Below are positions 7,322 through 12,933 of a stretch of DNA of 24,000 bases, in pieces. Every line of letters begins with the position of its first letter. Position 1 is the stretch's first letter. The notes under the pieces were generated by a model. The model was not told the origin of the DNA and searched no databases. It saw only the letters and a list, made by a program, of their open reading frames with translations. The position numbers were made by a program, and so were the translations under genes. The stretch is from Candidatus Woesearchaeota archaeon (lineage in GTDB: Archaea > Nanobdellota > Nanobdellia > Woesearchaeales > GW2011-AR9): contig JABHQW010000002.1 in NCBI GenBank assembly GCA_018696595.1, positions 74,128-98,127 of the forward strand. The letters are read 5' to 3'.

Positions 7322-7825
7322 ATGAAACATACTTTTGTATTTATTGATAAAATTGTGGATTTGCTTAGTGGTGGTCCGCGTCAGACTATAGAAACTCCAG
7401 AAAGGAAAGAAGAAGCTAGAAAAATTTGCACCGAACTTCTGAAGTATATTGGGATTCTTGATACGCTCATTAAGAACCATAAAGAAGAAAAATATTTGAA
7501 AAGATTACACGATGCCCACATTTCTAAGATTAGCGATTGGGCAGATCAAGTAGCTAAATTGTTTGAAAGATTTGATTCTTTCTTAAGGATCTTAGAAGCT
7601 GACATTAAAAAATTACAAGCAATTATAGAGGGTGATAGAGATGAAGAATGGTCAACACGGTTTGGTTCTACTGGTTTTGGTTTATATATGTCTGGATTGC
7701 ATGATAAAGAAAATGAAATGAAAAGGTTCAGAGAGATTGCAGTTTTTGAAATGCATGAACTTAAAGGAACGATTTCAGCCGAACATCTGGCGGAATTGGA
7801 ACAAGTTTTAGATTTATTAGAATGA
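7322..7825 (+). CDS. Hypothetical protein (167 aa), predicted helical/coiled
   Basis: This ORF has more ordinary composition than the overlapping minus-strand ORF 7546..7890, and it has a leaderless-type promoter. No motif recognised. Confidence 0.5.
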   Translation: MKHTFVFIDKIVDLLSGGPRQTIETPERKEEARKICTELLKYIGILDTLIKNHKEEKYLKRLHDAHISKISDWADQVAKLFERFDSFLRILEADIKKLQAIIEGDRDEEWSTRFGSTGFGLYMSGLHDKENEMKRFREIAVFEMHELKGTISAEHLAELEQVLDLLE

Positions 7826-7850
7826 TTTATTTGACTCTTAAAGAAAAACC

Positions 7851-7859
7851 TTTTAAATA
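7851..7859 (+). promoter_or_regulatory. TATA box (aaaaccTTTTAAATA) for tRNA-Ile
   Basis: Centred about 28 nt upstream of the tRNA 5' end at 7883. Confidence 0.55.
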
Positions 7860-7882
7860 AACTAACATATTCTTCTGAGTGT

Positions 7883-8063
7883 GGCCCCATAGCTTACCCT
7901 GGTGGAGCGCCAGTCTTATATGGCAGTGTTCTACACAATCGCAAGACAGCTGGAGGTTCCGGGTTCAAAACAGTTATTTCGCCAACTGGGAGCGAGAGGC
8001 GGCGTAATCTCGCGTTGCTCGCTTAACCCCCTGCGAAAAACTATGAAAGTCCCGGTGGGGCCA
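7883..8063 (+). tRNA. tRNA-Ile (anticodon UAU) with two introns: 27 nt at 37/38 (7921-7947) and 80 nt at 59/60 in the T-loop (7970-8049)
   Basis: Manual fold. Acceptor GGCCCCA (7883-7889) pairs with TGGGGCC (8056-8062), discriminator A. D-stem GCTT/GAGC. Anticodon stem CCAGT (7910-7914) pairs with GCTGG (7949-7953), and the loop is C-U-UAU-A. T-stem CCGGG (7959-7963) pairs with CCCGG (8051-8055). The mature length is 74 nt, with no encoded CCA. Confidence 0.8.
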
Positions 8064-8065
8064 TA

Positions 8066-8080
8066 TTTTTTATTTCTTTT
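8066..8080 (+). terminator. Oligo-T tract after tRNA-Ile
   Basis: TTTTTTATTTCTTTT begins 3 nt after the discriminator. Archaeal RNAP terminates at T-runs. Confidence 0.4.
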
Positions 8081-8088
8081 ACCACAAT

Positions 8089-8098
8089 CTTAATAAAT
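8089..8098 (+). promoter_or_regulatory. TATA-like box (CTTAATAAAT) for tRNA-Gly
   Basis: Centred about 30 nt upstream of 8124. Confidence 0.45.
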
Positions 8099-8123
8099 CA
8101 GTTAAGTTTTTGCAGAACTTAAT

Positions 8124-8216
8124 GCGGGAGTAGTATAGTGGTTAGTATACGGCGTTGCCAATAGCTTTTCGCTAAGTAAAGACGCTGTGACCTGGGTTCA
8201 AGTCCCAGCTCTCGCA
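8124..8216 (+). tRNA. tRNA-Gly (anticodon GCC) with one canonical 21-nt intron at 37/38 (8161-8181)
   Basis: Acceptor GCGGGAG pairs with CTCTCGC, discriminator A. Anticodon stem CGGCG (8150-8154) pairs with CGCTG (8183-8187), and the loop is UU-GCC-A. The BHB-like helix pairs TTGC (8155-8158) with GTAA (8176-8179), and the intron hairpin pairs TAGC with GCTA. T-arm CTGGG-TTCAAGT-CCCAG. Confidence 0.8.
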
Positions 8217-8251
8217 CTTCATTTTCTAATAAATAAAAAAATAAAAAGAAA

Positions 8252-8650
8252 TTATCTTTGGGCGTAAGCAAATGTTGCTTTCAAGGCCACAATTATTGTT
8301 GCTGGCACAAACAATGTTAAGATTCCTGTCAACATATTAGTTATTGACGGAGCAACAGCATCAAAAATTCCCACTTGAATTCCTAAGAACGAGATTAATA
8401 CTAATACTGTTCCACTAGTTAAGAATCCAGAAATCTCTTCAACTGCAATGTTTAGTAATCCTACTATAATCCCTAATAGAAATACTGTCCATAAAATTTC
8501 TTTCTGGTAAGCACCAGTAAAACCCAATCCTAATACTATAGCAAGAAACAGCCCAATTAAGAATGACCAACTGCCAACTAAATTTCTACGGCAATAACTT
8601 CCTTCACATTTGACCTGTTTTGCAACTTTTTTTTTCTTTCTTTTAACCAT
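8252..8650 (-). CDS. Small integral membrane protein (about 132 aa, 3-4 TM), hypothetical
   Basis: The tracked ORF starts at GTG 8659. ATG 8650 (MVKRKKKK...) lies 6 nt after GAGGTG (minus strand, 8662-8657), so I prefer it. A basic N-terminus is followed by hydrophobic segments. Confidence 0.6.
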   Translation of the reverse strand: MVKRKKKKVAKQVKCEGSYCRRNLVGSWSFLIGLFLAIVLGLGFTGAYQKEILWTVFLLGIIVGLLNIAVEEISGFLTSGTVLVLISFLGIQVGIFDAVAPSITNMLTGILTLFVPATIIVALKATFAYAQR

Positions 8651-8696
8651 AAATTTCACCTCTTTTTCTCTAGAATTATTTTATGGTATAAAAAGT

Positions 8697-8704
8697 TTTA
8701 TAAA
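8697..8704. promoter_or_regulatory. Palindromic TATA box TTTATAAA between the divergent membrane-protein gene and tRNA-Tyr
   Basis: aaaagTTTTATAAAt is centred about 29 nt upstream of the tRNA-Tyr 5' end (8730). The box is its own reverse complement and is also suitably placed (about 50 nt) upstream of ATG 8650 on the other strand. Confidence 0.55.
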
Positions 8705-8729
8705 TTAGGTGCGTTTCTGCTAAAAGTAA

Positions 8730-8874
8730 CCCTTCATAGTTTAGTGGCTAGAACGTCCGGCTGTAGAAATCGTTTGATTTTGCCATAATGGCTAGAAATG
8801 AAAAACGATCAGCTGTAGTCACCGGAAGATCCCCGGTTCAAATTGTTTTAAACATGAAAGTCCGGGTGAGGGGA
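8730..8874 (+). tRNA. tRNA-Tyr (anticodon GUA) with two introns: 54 nt at 37/38 (8767-8820) and 18 nt at 59/60 (8843-8860)
   Basis: Acceptor CCCTTCA pairs with TGAGGGG, giving the C1:G72 pair typical of archaeal/eukaryal tRNA-Tyr. D-stem GTTT/GAAC. Anticodon stem TCCGG (8756-8760) pairs with CCGGA (8822-8826), and the loop is C-U-GUA-G. T-stem CCCGG (8832-8836) pairs with CCGGG (8862-8866). The T-loop intron forms a textbook hBHBh': TTCA / AAT bulge / TGTT-tta-AACA / TGAA / AGT bulge. Confidence 0.85.
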
Positions 8875-8878
8875 CTCA

Positions 8879-8910
8879 TTTGGGAAGAATTGCGTTTTAT
8901 TCTTCCCAAA
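8879..8910 (+). terminator. Perfect 12-bp hairpin just downstream of tRNA-Tyr
   Basis: TTTGGGAAGAAT (8879-8890), loop tgcgtttt, ATTCTTCCCAAA (8899-8910), followed by a T-rich stretch. Its function as a terminator or processing signal is inferred. Confidence 0.45.
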
Positions 8911-8986
8911 CTTTTCTCAATGATTTATTGTTATTTTTAACATATATATTGCACAATCTTCTTTTTAACTAGAAATTACCAAAAGC

Positions 8987-8994
8987 TTTATAAA
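8987..8994 (+). promoter_or_regulatory. Consensus TATA box (aaaagcTTTATAAAc), candidate promoter of the tRNA-Asp/tRNA-Lys/rpo transcription unit
   Basis: This is the best match to the window's promoter consensus, but it lies about 90 nt upstream of tRNA-Asp instead of about 28. The predicted start site near 9018-9022 implies a leader of about 65 nt. Confidence 0.5.
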
Positions 8995-9083
8995 CCCCCC
9001 ATTTAACTATCTTTCAAAATGGCTAAAGATCTTTCTATGAGTAACAATCTAAAAATTTTACTTGTAGATAGTGCTATATGAAT

Positions 9084-9231
9084 GCCCTGGTAGTGTAGCC
9101 AGGTTTAGCATGAAGCCCTGTCGGAAACTTTTACGAAAAGAAAAATTCGTGAGGTTTTTAGAAAGGCTTCGACCCGGGTTCAAATGGGTTGTAGATGTTA
9201 TTTACAATCACTGAATGTCCCGGCCAGGGCG
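9084..9231 (+). tRNA. tRNA-Asp (anticodon GUC) with two introns: 40 nt at 37/38 (9124-9163) and 33 nt at 59/60 (9185-9217)
   Basis: Acceptor GCCCTGG pairs with CCAGGGC, discriminator G, as is typical of archaeal tRNA-Asp. Anticodon stem AAGCC (9113-9117) pairs with GGCTT (9165-9169), and the loop is C-U-GUC-G. T-stem CCGGG (9174-9178) pairs with CCCGG (9219-9223). The T-loop intron has TTCA/AAT...TGAA/TGT and an internal helix GTTGTA/TACAATC. Confidence 0.8.
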
Positions 9232-9266
9232 TTTCCTTTACCTTAGGTTAGGGAATTAAACGAAAT

Positions 9267-9340
9267 GGGCCGGTAGCTTAGCTTGGAAGAGCGCCTGACT
9301 TTTAATCAGGCGGTCGAGGGTTCAAATCCCTTCCGGCCCG
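9267..9340 (+). tRNA. tRNA-Lys (anticodon UUU), intron-less
   Basis: Acceptor GGGCCGG pairs with CCGGCCC, discriminator G. D-arm GCTT-AGCTTGGAA-GAGC. Anticodon arm CCTGA-CTTTTAA-TCAGG. T-arm GAGGG-TTCAAAT-CCCTT. Length 74 nt, no CCA. Confidence 0.9.
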
Positions 9341-9371
9341 CTCATATTCAACAAATGGAGAAAAATCAAAA

Positions 9372-9608
9372 ATGACTCTTGATGGAAACAAACACCTACT
9401 AATTCCGAAACATAGTAAATTAAATGAATCAGATAAAAAGAAGCTATTAGAAGAATACAAAATCAATGTTTTCTCTTTACCTAAGATTACTAGTGAAGAT
9501 CCTGCTATTGTTAAATTTAATGCAAAAGTTGGAGACGTAATTAAAATTGAGAGAGACAGTAAAACTGCTGGAACTACATCCTATTATCGTGTTGTAGTGG
9601 AAAGCTAG
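9372..9608 (+). CDS. rpoH: DNA-directed RNA polymerase subunit H (Rpo5)
   Basis: 78 aa. HLLIPKHSKLNESDKKKLLEEYKINVFSLPKI...DPAIVKFNAKVGDVIKIER...YYRVVV matches the RpoH/Rpb5 C-domain pattern, and the gene is first in the rpo operon. Confidence 0.9.
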   Translation: MTLDGNKHLLIPKHSKLNESDKKKLLEEYKINVFSLPKITSEDPAIVKFNAKVGDVIKIERDSKTAGTTSYYRVVVES

Positions 9609-9625
9609 AGGGAGGAAAAAATCAA

Positions 9626-11101
9626 ATGGACCGATCCATCTTAATCAAAAAATATTTCGAAGAAAAACGATTTGTGGACAGTAGTATTCAGTCTTTTAAT
9701 AACTTTATAGATAATGGTTTGCAAGAAGTTGTTGAAGAGAATAAAGAAGCAGAGCCTGCAATTATCCCACATAATATTGAAAAATTTAAAATCAGGTTCG
9801 GAAGAATTACTGTTGGTAAACCTGAAATTACTGAAGCCGATGGAAGTAAGAGGCCAATTTATCCTGCTGAAGCAAGATTAAGAAAAATTTCTTATTATGC
9901 TCCTATCTATTTGGAAGTTAGTACTTATATTAATGATGTTCAAAGAGAAAGTTTTGTTGCAGAAATTGGAAAAATGCCAATCATGCTTAGAAGTAAATAT
10001 TGTCATCTTGACGGGTTAAGCCGAGAAGAACTAATTAAACATGGTGACGACCCAACTGATCCTGGTGGATACTTTATTATTAACGGAACTGAAAGAGTAA
10101 TTGTTAATGTTGAAGATTTGGCAGCTAACAATTTTATTGTTGAAGGTAATCCCATTAAAGGATATAATGGGAGATTCTTTGCAGCAAAAGGATCTTACAA
10201 AATTCCTCATTCTTTTGAAAGGAAGAAAGATGGGATTTATTATATGACATTTACTCGGGTTAAGAATATGCCCATTATAGTTGTATTAAAAGCATTGGGG
10301 CTAACTAAAGACGAAGATATCATGCGAGCAATCTCTGCTAATGAAACTTATGAAGAAGTAATTCTTAACTTGTTTGAATTTGTTGATATCAAAACTCAAG
10401 AAGATGCAGTGGATTACATTTCTAAAAGAATTGGAATCGCTCAAGCTAAAGAAATTAGAATTGAAAGAACTAAAGAAATCTTAGACAAGTTCTTGTTACC
10501 TAATATTGGTATGGATATTGGCTTGAAATCAATAAAAGCAAAAAACATTTGTAAGATGTTAAAGAAATTCATTGATGTTAGAAAAGAAACAAGACCTTCT
10601 GATGATAAGGATCATTACATGAATAAAAGACTGAGACTTAGTGGAGACTTAATGATTGATTTGTTTAGAGTTAATTTTAAAATTCTGGTTGGAGATATTC
10701 TTTACAACTTTCAAAGAATTATCAAACGGGGAAAATTACCTTCAATCCGAGTTATTATTAGAGATAAGTTGTTAACTTCTAGACTTTATTCTTCAATGGC
10801 TACCGGAGAATGGGTTGGTGGGAGACAAGGAGTATCTCAAAGAATGGATCGTTCAAATTTTTTGGCAATGGTATCACATTTACAAAAGGTTGTTAGTCCG
10901 TTATCTTCAAGTCAAGAGAATTTTGACGCAAGAGCATTACATTGTACGCACATTGGTAGGTTGTGTCCAATTGAAACTCCTGAAGGTACAAACATTGGGC
11001 TAAGAAAAAACATGGCAATGTTATGTTCAATCTCACAAGACGTTGGGGAAACTAGCGTTCTTGAGAAAGTTAAAGAATTAGGTTTAAAACCTATCGAATA
11101 A
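9626..11101 (+). CDS. rpoB2: DNA-directed RNA polymerase subunit B'' (N-terminal half of split Rpo2)
   Basis: 491 aa with GGAGG upstream. Motifs include GYFIINGTERVIV, DDKDHYMNKRLRLSGDL and CPIETPEGTNIGL. Confidence 0.95.
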   Translation: MDRSILIKKYFEEKRFVDSSIQSFNNFIDNGLQEVVEENKEAEPAIIPHNIEKFKIRFGRITVGKPEITEADGSKRPIYPAEARLRKISYYAPIYLEVSTYINDVQRESFVAEIGKMPIMLRSKYCHLDGLSREELIKHGDDPTDPGGYFIINGTERVIVNVEDLAANNFIVEGNPIKGYNGRFFAAKGSYKIPHSFERKKDGIYYMTFTRVKNMPIIVVLKALGLTKDEDIMRAISANETYEEVILNLFEFVDIKTQEDAVDYISKRIGIAQAKEIRIERTKEILDKFLLPNIGMDIGLKSIKAKNICKMLKKFIDVRKETRPSDDKDHYMNKRLRLSGDLMIDLFRVNFKILVGDILYNFQRIIKRGKLPSIRVIIRDKLLTSRLYSSMATGEWVGGRQGVSQRMDRSNFLAMVSHLQKVVSPLSSSQENFDARALHCTHIGRLCPIETPEGTNIGLRKNMAMLCSISQDVGETSVLEKVKELGLKPIE

Positions 11102-11110
11102 GGAAATAAA

Positions 11111-12913
11111 ATGGCAGACGTTTATATTAATTCAAGATTTGTAGGAACAGTAGATGACATTAATCTATTTGTTGAGAACATAAAAGATGAAAGAAGAAAA
11201 GGTTCTTTGGCAGAAGATGTTAATGTTTATACTGATATAGAAAACAATGAAGTTCACGTTAATTGTGATGGTGGAAGAGCAAGAAGGCCTTTAATAATTA
11301 TTAAAGAAGGAAAATCTTTGCTAACAGAAAGACACTTGAAACAATTAAAAGATGGCGAAATCACTTGGGCTGATTTAGTGAGACAAGGAGTCGTAGAATA
11401 TTTGGACGCTGGTGAAGAAGAAAATGCATTAGTGGCTTACGACGAAACTCAATTAACCGAGAAACATACGCACATGGAAATTACTCCTGGGTCTATTAGT
11501 GGAATTGCAACTGCATTGGTTCCTTTTGGAAACTTTAACCAATCTTCAAGATTAATTATTGGAAGTAAGAACCAGAAACAATCTTTAGGATTCTATGCTG
11601 CTAATTATCACATTAGATTAGATATGGATACAAACTTATTACATTATCCACAATTTCCTTTAGTTAAAACTAAGTTACACGATGTTACTAATTATGATGA
11701 ACATCCGGCCGGCCAGAATATGGTTGTTGCTATAATGTGTTTCGATGGTTATAACATGGAGGATGGAGTTATATTAAACAAGAGTTCTGTTGAGAGAGGA
11801 TTGGCAAGAAGTACTTATTTCCGTCCAGTATCTGCAGAAGAATTACGTTATTCTGGTGGTTTAATTGATGAAGTTTCTATTCCTGATAAAGAAGTTAAAG
11901 GTTATCGTAGTGAAGCCGATTACAAGTTCCTTGAAGGGGACGGAATTATCTATCCTGAAGCAAAAGTATGTGATGGTGACGTGATTATTGGAAGAACATC
12001 TCCTCCTAGATTCTTGAGTAGTTTGGATGAATACAATTTATCTGCTGCCATTAGAAGAGAAAGTTCTGTTTCTTTGAAACATGGAGAAAAAGGTGTGGCT
12101 GACTTTGTCGTTATTACTGAAAATGAAGAAGGTAACAAACTTGTTCAAGTAAGATTAAGGGAGGAAAGAATTCCAGAGATTGGAGATAAATTCACTTCTC
12201 GTCATGGTCAGAAAGGAGTTACAGGTATTTTAGTTCCTGTGCAAGACATTCCTTTTTCCGCTAATGGAATTACTCCTGACTTAATTTTCACTCCGCACGG
12301 TATTTCTTCTCGGATGACCATTTCTCATTTATTAGAATTAATTGGTGGGAAAGTTGGTGCATTATCTGGAAGATTTGTTGATGGGACTTTATTTGAGGCA
12401 GAATCTGAACTTAATATGCGAGCAGAATTATTAAATCTTGGTTTTAAAGAAGATGGAACCGAAACATTTTATGATGGTCGGACTGGAAAGCAGATGTTAG
12501 CTAAGATTTATGTGGGAAACATGTATTATCTGAGACTAAGACATTTAGTTGCTAACAAAATGCAATCTCGGGCAAGAGGACCAATCCAATTACTAACAAG
12601 ACAACCAACTGAGGGTAAGGCTAAAGAAGGTGGTCTAAGGTTGGGAGAGATGGAGAAGGATGTTTTCATTGCTCACGGTGCTTCATTATTATTGAAGGAA
12701 AGGTTTGATTCTGATAAAACAAACTTACCAGTTTGTGAAAAGTGTGGCCTAGTGGCAGTTGAAGACCAATACAAGAATAGAAAGTACTGTTTGATGTGTG
12801 GCGAAGATGTTAACATTAATTATGTTGAGATGAGTTACGCATTTAAATTACTGTTAGACGAAATAAGAAGCTTAGGTATCTACCCTAAGTTGAATTTAGA
12901 AAATAAGTATTAA
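11111..12913 (+). CDS. rpoB1: DNA-directed RNA polymerase subunit B' (C-terminal half of split Rpo2)
   Basis: 600 aa. Motifs include GDKFTSRHGQKGV, GGLRLGEMEKD and the C-terminal Zn ribbon CEKCG...CLMCG. It starts 9 nt after the B'' stop. Confidence 0.95.
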   Translation: MADVYINSRFVGTVDDINLFVENIKDERRKGSLAEDVNVYTDIENNEVHVNCDGGRARRPLIIIKEGKSLLTERHLKQLKDGEITWADLVRQGVVEYLDAGEEENALVAYDETQLTEKHTHMEITPGSISGIATALVPFGNFNQSSRLIIGSKNQKQSLGFYAANYHIRLDMDTNLLHYPQFPLVKTKLHDVTNYDEHPAGQNMVVAIMCFDGYNMEDGVILNKSSVERGLARSTYFRPVSAEELRYSGGLIDEVSIPDKEVKGYRSEADYKFLEGDGIIYPEAKVCDGDVIIGRTSPPRFLSSLDEYNLSAAIRRESSVSLKHGEKGVADFVVITENEEGNKLVQVRLREERIPEIGDKFTSRHGQKGVTGILVPVQDIPFSANGITPDLIFTPHGISSRMTISHLLELIGGKVGALSGRFVDGTLFEAESELNMRAELLNLGFKEDGTETFYDGRTGKQMLAKIYVGNMYYLRLRHLVANKMQSRARGPIQLLTRQPTEGKAKEGGLRLGEMEKDVFIAHGASLLLKERFDSDKTNLPVCEKCGLVAVEDQYKNRKYCLMCGEDVNINYVEMSYAFKLLLDEIRSLGIYPKLNLENKY

Positions 12914-12933
12914 ACTTATGTTGAGGAAAAAAA

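Noticed and set aside
7102-7480. Minus-strand ORFs of 63 and 91 aa in the region between the NnrD-like gene and ORF 7322
   Set aside because: Both have AT-rich low-complexity translations (K/I/N/F-rich) with no SD or promoter. They overlap the leader repeats and the promoter/start of the plus-strand gene.
7546-7890. 114-aa minus-strand ORF opposite 7322..7825
   Set aside because: Its start sits inside the 5' end of tRNA-Ile, and its Ser/Cys-rich composition is odd. The plus-strand ORF has a promoter and more protein-like composition.
7902-8093. 63-aa plus-strand ORF
   Set aside because: It lies entirely inside the tRNA-Ile gene and its GC-rich T-loop intron. The open frame is a by-product of the RNA gene.
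9019-9081. 20-codon ORF MAKDLSMSNNLKILLVDSAI, considered as a called CDS
   Set aside because: It is too short to support from sequence alone. I treat it as part of the putative tRNA-Asp leader and mention it only within a finding.
8767-9217. C/D-box guide sRNAs inside the tRNA introns (as in archaeal tRNA-Trp introns)
   Set aside because: I found no RUGAUGA C-box paired with a CUGA D-box in the right arrangement. The only CUGA (9211-9214) is part of the splice-junction helix.
7883-9340. Integrated mobile element or genomic island at the tRNA cluster
   Set aside because: I found no integrase, no duplicated tRNA 3' segment (att-like repeat) and no compositional shift. The only inserted gene is a small membrane protein.
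9626-12913. rpoB split into two ORFs, considered as a possible frameshift or pseudogene
   Set aside because: The break falls at the natural B''/B' boundary known from many archaea. Both halves are full length with intact motifs, and B' has its own start 9 nt after the B'' stop.
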